Shown here one piece after another: positions 27,855 to 36,634 of a DNA stretch of 43,013 nt. Origin of the DNA: Candidatus Lambdaproteobacteria bacterium. GTDB taxonomy: Bacteria; SAR324; JACQKK01. Positions within the stretch are counted from its first letter, which is position 1; the number at the start of each line of letters is the position of its first letter. The stretch is taken from positions 1 through 43,013 of the forward strand of contig JACQHH010000011.1 of the NCBI GenBank assembly GCA_016199125.1. The letters run 5' to 3'. The notes beneath the pieces are model-generated. The model was given only the letters and a program-made list of their open reading frames with translations, was not told the origin of the DNA and ran no database searches. The position numbers and the translations under genes were made by a program.

Positions 27855-27878
27855 GCGGGGCGGCCAGGGCGGCCCCGC
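27855..27878. terminator. GC-rich hairpin (GCGGGGC-N10-GCCCCGC) between convergent genes; also the right copy of the island-flanking repeat
   Basis: 7-bp perfect stem. Lies between the stop of the orphan gene (27776) and the stop of the EamA gene (27882). No clear U-tract follows. Confidence 0.35.
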
Positions 27879-27881
27879 CGC

Positions 27882-28913
27882 TCAGCGCCCGTAGAGGCTG
27901 ACCACCGCCACGCCCAGCAGGGCCACGGCGCCGCCGGCGAAGACGAGCGGGCTGGGCACCTCTCCCAGCCACGCGAAGGCGATGGTCACTGCGGCCACCG
28001 GCATCACGTACATGGCGCTGGTGACCTTGGCCGCCATGGCCCGCGACAGCGCATAGGACCACGTGGCGAAGGCCACGGCGATGGGAAACAGGCCCAGGTA
28101 GATCATGGCCAGCGTGGCCGACAGCGGGGCAGCCAGGATCGCCGCCGGGGCCCGCACCAGGAGCGGCAGCATGACCAATGCCCCGCCCCACACCGCGTAA
28201 CAGGTGAGCTGCAGGCCGCTGTAGCGTCGATGGTAGGGCTTCTGGAACACGAAGAAGATGGACTGGCAGAAGGCGCTGAGCACCACCAGCCCGGCGCCCG
28301 GCTCCAGCCGGAAGCCCCGTCCCTCGCCCAGGGCGATCAGGCCCACGCCGGAGAAGCTCACCAGGATGCCCAGCCAGCCCCACAGGCGCAGCCGCTCGCG
28401 GATGAACAGCCACGCCAGGATGGTGGAGAAGATGGGGATGGTGCCGACCAGGAAACTGCCGGCGCCCGCGCTCACCGAGCGCAGCCCATAGGTCATGGCC
28501 AGCCCGCTGAGGGCAAAGGCCGAGGTGCCGAAGAGCAGACACACCGGCCAGTCGCGCCAGCGGGGCAGGGGCATGCGCACCACGGCGGCGAACACGGCCA
28601 TCCCCAGGGCCCCGTACACCAGCCGCAGCGTGGCGATGTCCAGCGGGGCATAGTGCGGCAGCACGTAGCGCGTGGAGGGAAAGGCCGAGCCCCACAGCAG
28701 GATGGTCACCAGCACGGCCGCCAGCGTGGGCCCGTCGATGCGCCGTGCCGGGCGCGGCCGAGATTCGGCGGCCGCGGCCACCGGCGCGCCCAGGACGCTC
28801 GGCCCCGGGGGCGCATCCTCGGCGGGCGGGAACGATTCCAGGGGGTCCGTCACGGGCGGCGCTCCGGGAGAATGGCGCGAAGACTGCGGGCGCGTGCGCC
28901 ACCCTAGCACCAT
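27882..28913 (-). CDS. EamA/DMT-family transporter
   Basis: About 10 hydrophobic spans with two EamA-like repeats (LLWGSAFPSTRY..., LGLFPIAVAFATWSYAL). The start is uncertain: ATG 28913 gives a ~60-aa Pro-rich N-terminus. Confidence 0.8.
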   Translation of the reverse strand: MVLGWRTRPQSSRHSPGAPPVTDPLESFPPAEDAPPGPSVLGAPVAAAAESRPRPARRIDGPTLAAVLVTILLWGSAFPSTRYVLPHYAPLDIATLRLVYGALGMAVFAAVVRMPLPRWRDWPVCLLFGTSAFALSGLAMTYGLRSVSAGAGSFLVGTIPIFSTILAWLFIRERLRLWGWLGILVSFSGVGLIALGEGRGFRLEPGAGLVVLSAFCQSIFFVFQKPYHRRYSGLQLTCYAVWGGALVMLPLLVRAPAAILAAPLSATLAMIYLGLFPIAVAFATWSYALSRAMAAKVTSAMYVMPVAAVTIAFAWLGEVPSPLVFAGGAVALLGVAVVSLYGR

Positions 28914-29014
28914 CCGGGCCGGCGCTGTCCAGTGGCCCCGCCGGGGTCAGAGCACCGGGGCGGGCGCGGGCAGGCCCTCGGGCACGCACGCGGGGCGGGG
29001 CGAGCCTCCGGGCT

Positions 29015-29656
29015 TCAGCCGTCGGCCTGGGCGGGCCCATCGACCGGGCACACGGCCCTGCCGCGGTAGAAATACGTGTGGGTGCGCGGACCTTTGATGT
29101 AGAAATTTTCCAGGCTCTGCACGTGCAGCCCGGCGCCGGCGATAAGGTCGTCGATCTTGCGATTGATGTTGCAGCCGCCGCTGACGAAGCGTTGCAGGCC
29201 GTTGAGGCGCTGCTGCCAGCGCGCCACGCCCGCATCGGGCGAGAGCCCGTGCTCCACGAAATGCACGCGGCCGCCGGGCTTGAGCACGCGGCGGATTTCG
29301 CGCAGGGCCTGCTCGGGGTGCGGGATGGTGCACAAGGTCCAGGTCATGCAGGCATCGTCGAACGTGCCGTCCGCGAAGGGCAGCGCCTCGGCCGAGGCCG
29401 TGTGCACCGCCACGGGCAGCGCGGTGGCGGCGATCTCCTTGCGCGCCAGGCGGGCCGCCAGGGGCGAGGGATCCACGCCGTCCAGCGAGGTCACCTGCGG
29501 CGGATAGTGGCGCAGGTTGAGCCCGTTGCCGAAGCCCACCTCCAGCACCCGCCCACGCGCCCCGGCCAGTGCGAGCTGCCGCTGCTCCTGCATGTCCTTG
29601 CCGCGCATGGCGCAGAGGATCAGGTACGGCAGAATCCTGCGCTCGTAAAAGCCCAT
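29015..29656 (-). CDS. class I SAM-dependent methyltransferase
   Basis: VLEVGFGNGLN motif I and LKPGGRVHFVEH. 213 aa. Confidence 0.85.
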   Translation of the reverse strand: MGFYERRILPYLILCAMRGKDMQEQRQLALAGARGRVLEVGFGNGLNLRHYPPQVTSLDGVDPSPLAARLARKEIAATALPVAVHTASAEALPFADGTFDDACMTWTLCTIPHPEQALREIRRVLKPGGRVHFVEHGLSPDAGVARWQQRLNGLQRFVSGGCNINRKIDDLIAGAGLHVQSLENFYIKGPRTHTYFYRGRAVCPVDGPAQADG

Positions 29657-29686
29657 GTTGCGTCCCCCTGAAAGTGTCGCGCAGCG

Positions 29687-30073
29687 TTATTGGTGCACCA
29701 GGCCCGACTCGGCCACGTCGTTGTACACCTCCTGCCGCTCGATGCGCCCGTCCCGCACGAGAAAGATGTCCACGTAGCGGATGCCGTCGAAGCGCGCCCC
29801 TTTCAACGTGATGCCATGGAGCGTGCCCTGTTGGATCACGCGCACGGCCCCGTCGGCCATGGCATACGCCTCCGCCTCGCGGTAATGCTTCCTGACCGCG
29901 GTGTAGCGCGTGCGTCCGTAGTCGATGATGTCGTTGAGCTCGCCGGTGCGAAACTCGCCGGGGAAGACGATCTGCACGCCGTCGGCCAGGCACGCGCGCG
30001 CCTCCTCCACGCGGCGCTCTGCCATCAGGTCCAGGTAGCGGCGCACCAGCTCCTTCGCGTCCTGCTCGGTCAT
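29687..30073 (-). CDS. SnoaL-like / NTF2-fold protein
   Basis: Starts MTEQDAKELVRRYLDLMAERRVEEARACLADGV... and ends ...DIFLVRDGRIERQEVYND, typical of the SnoaL-like fold. 128 aa. Confidence 0.65.
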   Translation of the reverse strand: MTEQDAKELVRRYLDLMAERRVEEARACLADGVQIVFPGEFRTGELNDIIDYGRTRYTAVRKHYREAEAYAMADGAVRVIQQGTLHGITLKGARFDGIRYVDIFLVRDGRIERQEVYNDVAESGLVHQ

Positions 30074-30111
30074 GGGGGCTCCTCGTGGGTTTGGGTTGCG
30101 GTCGGCGCGGG

Positions 30112-30969
30112 TCATCCCTCGAAGCGCGGCGGCTCCCACCAGGGATAGAACGCCGGCAGGTCCGCGCTGGGACTGGCTGTGAAGCGCGGCGGGCGCTTTT
30201 CCAGGAAAGCCCGGATGCCCTCCTGGGCATCGGCCCGCCCGGCCACGTCGCGGATCACGCGCGACTCCACGCGGTGCGCGGCCATGGGGTGCTCGGCGGC
30301 CAGCATCTTCCACAGCATCTGCCGCGAGAGCGCCACCGAGAGCGCCGAGGTGTTGGCGGCGATCTGCAAGGCCAGCGCCCGCGCGGCCGCCAGCAGCCCG
30401 TCGGCCGGATGTACCTCGCTGACCAGGCCGTGGGCCAGCGCCTCGTCGGCCCCGAACACCTCGCCGCTGTAGATCCAGCGCAGGGCTTGGGAAATGCCCA
30501 CCAGGCGCGGTAGGAACCAACTGCTGCACGCCTCCGGGACGATGCCCACGCGCGCGAAGACCAGCCCGAAGCGGGCGCTGTCCGCCGCCAGGCGGATGTC
30601 CATGCCCAGGGTCATGGTCAGCCCCACGCCGATGGCCGGGCCGTTGATCGCGGCGATGACCGGCTTGGTGCAGTCGAAGATGCGCAGGGTCAGCACGCCG
30701 CCGGTCTCGCGGTGCGGGGCATCGCCGCTGCGTTCAGCGTTGCGGCGAAAGGTCTCCTCGCCGCCGGAAAGATCGGCACCGGCGCAAAAGGCGCGGCCGG
30801 CACCGGTGACGATGATGGCGCGCACGTCGTCGTCCGCATCGGCCCGGTCGAAGGCGTGCAGCAGCTCGGTGAACAGCTCCTGGTTGAAGGCGTTGAGCTT
30901 CTGCGGGCGGTTCAGCGTGAGGGTCAGGATGCGTTCCGCCACCTCGTAGCGGATGGTCTGGTAGTCCAC
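30112..30969 (-). CDS. enoyl-CoA hydratase/isomerase (crotonase) family protein
   Basis: GTG start after GGAGAA. ILTLTLNRPQKLNAFN, VRAIIVTGAGRAFCAGADL, AAINGPAIGVGLTM. Confidence 0.85.
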   Translation of the reverse strand: MDYQTIRYEVAERILTLTLNRPQKLNAFNQELFTELLHAFDRADADDDVRAIIVTGAGRAFCAGADLSGGEETFRRNAERSGDAPHRETGGVLTLRIFDCTKPVIAAINGPAIGVGLTMTLGMDIRLAADSARFGLVFARVGIVPEACSSWFLPRLVGISQALRWIYSGEVFGADEALAHGLVSEVHPADGLLAAARALALQIAANTSALSVALSRQMLWKMLAAEHPMAAHRVESRVIRDVAGRADAQEGIRAFLEKRPPRFTASPSADLPAFYPWWEPPRFEG

Positions 30970-31220
30970 GGGTTCTCCTGGCGTGGGACGTTGCCCCGGC
31001 CCATTGTGCACCGGATGCCCGAGGGATACCAAGCCACCCGCCACCTGTCATCCCGCCGGACCCTGGCCGCCCGCGGTGACCCGCAATACCGACACCGCCA
31101 CGAGAGGCCGCGGAGATGAAAGCGACGGGCAAATGTGGTACAACATGGCGCTTGCGGGGCCAGGTGGCCTCGGGGGACAGAGTGGATGGCAGAAGGATTC
31201 CTAAATCGGGAGACAGATCA

Positions 31221-32459
31221 ATGACTTTCCAATTCATTCGCCAGGCGGTGTGCAAGGGCACCCTGGCACTGGCCGCGTTGGCGCTTGCCTATGGCGCCAC
31301 GCCGGCGCACGCAGCAGATCCGATCAAGGTCGGATTCGTGGGCGGTATATCCGGATTTTGCGCGTCGACCATCGGCCCATCCGTCAACGCCGTGAAACTG
31401 GCGGAAGAAGAGATCAACGCCGCCGGCGGCATCAATGGACGGCCTCTGGAGCTGCTGATCCGCGATTCCAAATCCAAGCCCGACGAGGGCGCCAAGCAGG
31501 CCCGTGACCTGATCGAGAACGAAAAGGTGCACATGATCATGGGGCCGTGCAGCAGCTCCGTGTGGCTGGCGATCAGCCCCATGGCCAAGGAATACAAGGT
31601 GCCGCTGGTCAGCGCGGCGGCCGGTTCCCACCGCGGCACGGTCGATTTCGGCCATCCCTACATCTATCAGGGCCAGCAGAATGCGCAGATGGATGCCAAC
31701 GCGGCCGCGGAATATTTCACCCTGAAGGGCTGGAACAACGTGGTCACAATCGGCCTGGACTACGAGTGGGGCCATTCCTTCGTGGACATGTTTGTCGAAC
31801 GGTTCAAGAAGATCAACGCCAAGGCCAACGTCAAGAAGCAGCTCTGGCCCAAGTTCGGCGAATCGAACATGACGTCGTTCATCACCGCCACGCTTGCGGA
31901 GAACCCGGATGCCGTGTTCGCGGCCTCGTTCGGCCCCACGTCCACGGCGCTGTTCAAGCAGGGCAATGCCTATGGGCTGTCCAAGCGCACAAACCTGGTG
32001 ACCATCATGACCTACAAGGAGCTGGCGCCTCTGGCGGGGGACATGCCGGATGGCTTCATCGGCATTTCGCGCATTCCCTTCTGGGCCATGCCCAACGAGA
32101 AGGGCCGGGCGTACGTGCGGAAGTACAAGGAGCGCTTCGGCGACTATCCGGACGACTTCGGCACGATCGCCTATGACGTGCTGCACCATTTCGCCGAGGG
32201 CTACCGGCGCAACGGCGGCACCGATCCGGACAAGCTGCGCGTGACCATGTCCTCGTTCACCTACGAGGGCGTGCGCGGTCCGGTGAGCTTCCGCTTCATC
32301 GACAACACCATTCAGGCGCCGTCGCTGATCGGCATCACCAAGAAGCTGCCCGAGTATCCGTTCTCGATCCTGACGGACATCGCCTACATCCCGTCCGACA
32401 AGACCCTGCCCAGCGAGGCGGAGGTGAATGCCGCGCGGGCGGCAGCCGCCAAGCAGTAG
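31221..32459 (+). CDS. ABC transporter periplasmic substrate-binding protein, LivK/branched-chain amino acid type
   Basis: Signal peptide ...ALAYGATPAHAADPIKVGFVGGISG. NAAGGINGRPLELLIRDSKSKPD is typical of the Peripla_BP_6 fold. No permease or ATPase gene is adjacent. Confidence 0.85.
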   Translation: MTFQFIRQAVCKGTLALAALALAYGATPAHAADPIKVGFVGGISGFCASTIGPSVNAVKLAEEEINAAGGINGRPLELLIRDSKSKPDEGAKQARDLIENEKVHMIMGPCSSSVWLAISPMAKEYKVPLVSAAAGSHRGTVDFGHPYIYQGQQNAQMDANAAAEYFTLKGWNNVVTIGLDYEWGHSFVDMFVERFKKINAKANVKKQLWPKFGESNMTSFITATLAENPDAVFAASFGPTSTALFKQGNAYGLSKRTNLVTIMTYKELAPLAGDMPDGFIGISRIPFWAMPNEKGRAYVRKYKERFGDYPDDFGTIAYDVLHHFAEGYRRNGGTDPDKLRVTMSSFTYEGVRGPVSFRFIDNTIQAPSLIGITKKLPEYPFSILTDIAYIPSDKTLPSEAEVNAARAAAAKQ

Positions 32460-32500
32460 CCGCCGTGGCATAGGCCAGGCACACTCCCGGTTTGCGGCGC

Positions 32501-32529
32501 CGGCGTTGCACGTGTCGTGCGACGCCGGT
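32501..32529 (+). terminator. candidate terminator hairpin downstream of the binding-protein gene
   Basis: 13-bp stem CCGGCGUUGCACG/CGUGCGACGCCGG (one G-U pair) with loop UGU, followed by UUGCUG. Lies 42 nt after the stop. Confidence 0.45.
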
Positions 32530-32659
32530 TGCTGCGGTCCGGGGCCGGCCCCCGCCGTGGCAAGCCCTCCCCAGCGTTGCGTGAGCAGCGCCCCGTTGCA
32601 GCAGCGCGTCCGGGTGCACAGCGGTTTGGCCGGCGTCCTGCGCGGCCGGTTTCCTCCGG

Positions 32660-33712
32660 CTATGGCGTCGGTTCGGGAACGCCCGCAGGCTCGCTTCCGA
32701 AGCGCCACACCACCCGCACAAAGTTCTCCACGCGCAGGCTTTCGTAGGTGCGCGGCACCCGCGCAATCACCACGCCGCCGCTGAACACAGGCGCCTGGGC
32801 ATCGACGTTGACCAGGGTGCTGCTCTGCCCGAAGTCCACAGTGAGGGTGCGGCTGAGCTCCATGGAAAAGGTCGTCGCCGTGCTGTTCTCGGTGCGGGCC
32901 AGATCGGAGGTGAAGCCCTCGCTGGACTGGGCGCGGGTGTAGCTGGCGCCGATGCCGCTGTCCCGATCCAGAGCCAGACCGATCCGCAGGCGCTGCACGT
33001 CGCCCGTGGTGCTCTTCTTGCTCACGGTCTGGCCGCCCACCGCGGGAGCCTCCAGATGGCGCAGCACCAGGGACAGGCTCAAGTCGGAGCCCTCGCCCAG
33101 AAACAGGCCCGCATCGTAGGACACCACGTCGAACTCGTAGCGTTCGCGGGCGAACAGCGTGGGGTCGGTGATCCGCAGGGTCAGCACCTCACGCCCGCGG
33201 GTGAGCCCCACGCGAAAAATCCCCAGGCGGTAGAACAGCCCCACCGCGTAAGCCAGATCGGATTGCGTGTGGGCCTCGTAGGCGTCGATGATAAAGCGCT
33301 CCGCCCGATACGACTTGCTCACCACGACGGTCAGGCGCTGCCGATCCCCCAGATCGAAGCCGACACCGAGGAAGGCGACATTCTCCACCGCATGCTCGGC
33401 GATGTCGAAGGAGAGGGTCTCCTCCGAAAAATCACGGGTACCGGTCCCGCCGCCATATGTGGCAAAATCGCCCACGATCACCAGGGTCGCGCTGCGGGAG
33501 ACCTGGCTCTGCGAGGTGCGCTCGTCCGTGAGGCCGCTGCTCCTGGCTTCCGAATCGTTGCTGATGCCCGCCTCGGAGATGGTCAGCCGCGTGTCCGGCA
33601 GGAAGGCCTGATCGGCGGGATCGAAGCGCTGCGCCGCCGCGGGCGCCGCCGCCAGGGCCAGCAGGCCACTCAGCAGGCACGGGACAACCAGGATATGGAA
33701 ACGTGGCACCAT
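32660..33712 (-). CDS. secreted beta-rich protein of unknown function (possible outer-membrane protein)
   Basis: Signal peptide MVPRFHILVVPCLLSGLLALAAAPAAAQ. Repeated amphipathic beta-strand pattern. I recognise no family. Confidence 0.6.
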   Translation of the reverse strand: MVPRFHILVVPCLLSGLLALAAAPAAAQRFDPADQAFLPDTRLTISEAGISNDSEARSSGLTDERTSQSQVSRSATLVIVGDFATYGGGTGTRDFSEETLSFDIAEHAVENVAFLGVGFDLGDRQRLTVVVSKSYRAERFIIDAYEAHTQSDLAYAVGLFYRLGIFRVGLTRGREVLTLRITDPTLFARERYEFDVVSYDAGLFLGEGSDLSLSLVLRHLEAPAVGGQTVSKKSTTGDVQRLRIGLALDRDSGIGASYTRAQSSEGFTSDLARTENSTATTFSMELSRTLTVDFGQSSTLVNVDAQAPVFSGGVVIARVPRTYESLRVENFVRVVWRFGSEPAGVPEPTP

Positions 33713-33857
33713 GCCGATCCCTCGACGGTGAGCAAACCATCACAGTTTGGTATCGGCTGAACGGAGACAACATTGAGCGGCCACGGCGCGGCAGCGCGCC
33801 GCGGCGTTGAGCGGTACGGACATGCCGCACGGCAGGGGTGATGGGAGGAATACGACG

Positions 33858-34163
33858 ATGAAGAACGTGCTGTTGCTGGCCCGCAAGGGCATCGATCTGG
33901 ACCAGGTGCGGGCGCTCGTCGACACGTCGAACCTGACACTGTTCGCCGGTACCGGCTTTGCCGATGCCCGCCGCGCGTTGGAGCAGGCGCGCATGGATCT
34001 GGTGATCATGGGCGCCGGGCTGGACCTGGACGTGCGCCTGTCCATCGTGCGGCACATCTTCGTGCACAGCAGCGGCACCTCGGTGCACATGAAGGATCGC
34101 GACTCCGGGCCGCAGGGCATGCTGCCCTTCGTCGCCGCCGTGCTGGGCGCGCTGGGCCGCTGA
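33858..34163 (+). CDS. hypothetical protein (101 aa)
   Basis: GGGAGG RBS then ATG 33858. MKNVLLLARKGIDLDQVRAL.... High GC3. No recognisable motif. Confidence 0.45.
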   Translation: MKNVLLLARKGIDLDQVRALVDTSNLTLFAGTGFADARRALEQARMDLVIMGAGLDLDVRLSIVRHIFVHSSGTSVHMKDRDSGPQGMLPFVAAVLGALGR

Positions 34164-34222
34164 GGGACCCGTGGCCGCGGGAGGAGCCTGGCACTGCCCT
34201 GGCGGTGCGCCGGGCGCCTGGC

Positions 34223-34636
34223 TCAGGGCAACAGGGCCTCGGCCTCGATCTCCACCAGCGCGTGGCGATCCACCAGGGCCCCCACCTGCACCAGCGTGCT
34301 GGCGGGAAAATGCTTGCCCATGTGTGTGCGCCACGCCTCGCCCAGGGCCGCGCCCGCTTGGCGGTAGGCTTCCATGTCCGTGACGTAGATGCGCAGCGCG
34401 ATGATGTTGCCGGCGTCGCCCCCAGCCGCGCGCACCAGGGCCACCACGTTGCCCAGGGCCTGCGCCCATTGCTCGGCGAAGCCCAGGGCGGGATCCACAT
34501 CGCCCGCGCCGCCGCGCCGGGCCACCTGCCCCGCCACGGCCACCACGGTGCCCCCCCGGCCCCGCACCGCGTAGGAAAATCCGCGGGCGCGCTGCCAGCC
34601 GTCGGGAAGAATGCTCGCAAAGCCAATATCGCTCAT
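34223..34636 (-). CDS. RidA/YjgF/endoribonuclease L-PSP family protein
   Basis: Starts MSDIGFASILPDGW...; VAVAGQVA..., IRIYVTDM..., PASTLVQVGALV...LVEIEAEA. Confidence 0.85.
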   Translation of the reverse strand: MSDIGFASILPDGWQRARGFSYAVRGRGGTVVAVAGQVARRGGAGDVDPALGFAEQWAQALGNVVALVRAAGGDAGNIIALRIYVTDMEAYRQAGAALGEAWRTHMGKHFPASTLVQVGALVDRHALVEIEAEALLP

Positions 34637-34950
34637 CGGTGCTCCTGCAGGAATTTGTATAGGTCTCCAGTGGGCGCCGCGCGCCGTGCAACGGGGGTGG
34701 CCGCGCGCGGAAACAGTTAGAGCCGATCGGCGGGGGGAAGGCAAGCGGGCGGGGCGCGCGTCAGACCACGGGGGCTCAAGCGCACGCGCGCAGTCGGCGG
34801 CGGAATGCGCTGCGCCGGTGGCTCGCAAGAAACCGTGTGCGGGGAGAAGTGGGCACGCGCAGCCTGCCTGACCCGCCGTGGGCAGCCCTTCAGAACTGCA
34901 AATCTCTGAAATTATTGAGACTTTGTTCCGGTTGCCGGGATGGCGGCGCT

Positions 34951-35274
34951 TCAGGCCCCCAGGCCATTGACGGACTGAACGTCCGCGGGCATGTGCTGGT
35001 ACTGATCGCTGACGCGACGTTCTCCGCGGCGACGATCCAGGATCTGGCGCCAAGCTTCGCGTACTTTTTCGTCCAGAGGATTTCGTCGCGGATTGGCGTT
35101 CTCGCTGGAATCGTCATACAGGCCCACGCGATGCCGCTGCTTCCGCCGGTCGTCACCCCGACGATTGAGCTCAGACTTGTTCGGCATTTGATCTCTGTCC
35201 TGTTCCCGCACGGCTGCATCCTTCGACCGGATTGTCCCCAGCATGACTATGGATACCACAATCCGCACTGTCAT
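34951..35274 (-). CDS. hypothetical small Arg-rich protein with N-terminal hydrophobic segment (tentative)
   Basis: MTVRIVVSIVMLGTIRSK...RRGDDRRKQRHR...RRRGERR. Located in a ~50-55% GC patch. Codon GC3 is only ~55-70%, and competing ORFs exist in other frames. Confidence 0.3.
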   Translation of the reverse strand: MTVRIVVSIVMLGTIRSKDAAVREQDRDQMPNKSELNRRGDDRRKQRHRVGLYDDSSENANPRRNPLDEKVREAWRQILDRRRGERRVSDQYQHMPADVQSVNGLGA

Positions 35275-35435
35275 GAAAAGCGCCGAGGGTGCCGCGGAGA
35301 CGAGCGGCGCGTCCGCGCGGCAGGGGACCCTCCATAGGCCCTCCATAGGTAAGAACGCCGCGGGCGGGGAAGGGGTCCATCGGCCTTCGCAAAGAGCAAC
35401 CCGGCCCGTGCAAACGCCCAGCCGGCGTGCCGCGC

Positions 35436-36266
35436 TCATTCGCAGGGGCGCACATCAGCGGCCAGGTGGAAGGAGCTGAGCAGGCCGTTCACCTCCCGTG
35501 GGCGCTCGTACTGGGCCCAGTGGCCCGTGGCGGGCAGGATGTGAATGGGCACATCGGGCAGGATGGCCCGGGTGTGCTCCAGGCGGCTGGCCAGGCTGGG
35601 ATTGGCCGTGCGGTCGCGCTCGCCCCAGATGAGCTGCAACGGGCAGCGGATGCGCGCCAGGTTGCCCGGCGTCACATCGGCCCAGCTCAGTTGCCAGTTG
35701 CGGAAGCGCGCGCGCTCGATGTCGCTGCGGTAAAGGGCCACGGTGGCATCGTCCACGGCCTCGGGGCGGTGCAGCATCATGTCCTGCACATTGTGCCGGA
35801 ACACCGCATCCAGCTCCGCCTCGCTCATGCCGGGCTTGCGTTTCCGGAGCACGATCTCGCGTCCCACCGGGGGGCCGAAGCCGCTGGGGGCCAGCAGGGT
35901 CAGCGCCCGCACGCGCTGAGGCAGACGCACGGCCACGCCGCCGGCCATCAGCCCGCCATAGGAAAATCCGGCCAGGTGAAAAGGCGCCTGCCCCGGCAGC
36001 AGCGTGCGGAGGGTCTCGCAGACCAGCTCCACATAGGTGTCCATGTCCGTGCCCGGGGGAATGTCGCCGGAATCCCCGTAGCCTGGCAGGTCGGGCACGA
36101 CGACCGAGAAGTGCTCCGCGAGCGGGCCCACGTTGCGCGCCCAATGCCCGCGCGAGCCGGAGCCCCCGTGCAGCAGCACCAGCGTGCGCGGATGCTCGCC
36201 CCAGCGGGCATGGGCGATGGTCAGCGGCGCTCCGCCGCAGGCAATCTGGATCGTGCCGGTGTGCAT
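35436..36266 (-). CDS. alpha/beta-fold hydrolase
   Basis: Starts MHTGTIQ...; LVLLHGGSGS oxyanion region, nucleophile elbow GFSYGG, C-terminal ...ATGHWAQYERP (catalytic His). Confidence 0.85.
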   Translation of the reverse strand: MHTGTIQIACGGAPLTIAHARWGEHPRTLVLLHGGSGSRGHWARNVGPLAEHFSVVVPDLPGYGDSGDIPPGTDMDTYVELVCETLRTLLPGQAPFHLAGFSYGGLMAGGVAVRLPQRVRALTLLAPSGFGPPVGREIVLRKRKPGMSEAELDAVFRHNVQDMMLHRPEAVDDATVALYRSDIERARFRNWQLSWADVTPGNLARIRCPLQLIWGERDRTANPSLASRLEHTRAILPDVPIHILPATGHWAQYERPREVNGLLSSFHLAADVRPCE

Positions 36267-36634
36267 GGCCAATGTCGTTTCCTTGCCATAAAGGGCCACC
36301 CCCCGGAGAATTCCCGCGCGGGTCGGGGGGCGCCCGCCCGCCGCGGCATCGTCCTGAGGCAAACCACAATTCCGCCGCCTTGTAAACACGGCCCGCGGCG
36401 GGCCGCGGCGCAGGCAGGGCGACCCGCGCGCGGCGTGCCCGGCGGTACGGCGAGGCGCCCGCCCGCGCGCGCCGCCATGTGACGCCGGTCACGCCGGGGC
36501 AAGACCTCCACGTTACAATCGTGGGCGTGGCATTGACTTCTCCCGCCCCCGCGCGCTACCCGTCGTGCTCGAAGGGGTGTGCCCCGCAACGCCCCGCACG
36601 CAACAACGCACCGAACTTCCCGGACACCGGCCCC

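Noticed and set aside
34951-35274. PilZ-like RRxxxR motif (RRGDDRR) followed by DDSSEN in the small Arg-rich ORF.
   Set aside because: The spacing between the two elements is ~10 residues rather than the ~20-30 typical of PilZ, the Gly of D/NxSxxG is missing, and the ORF itself is uncertain.
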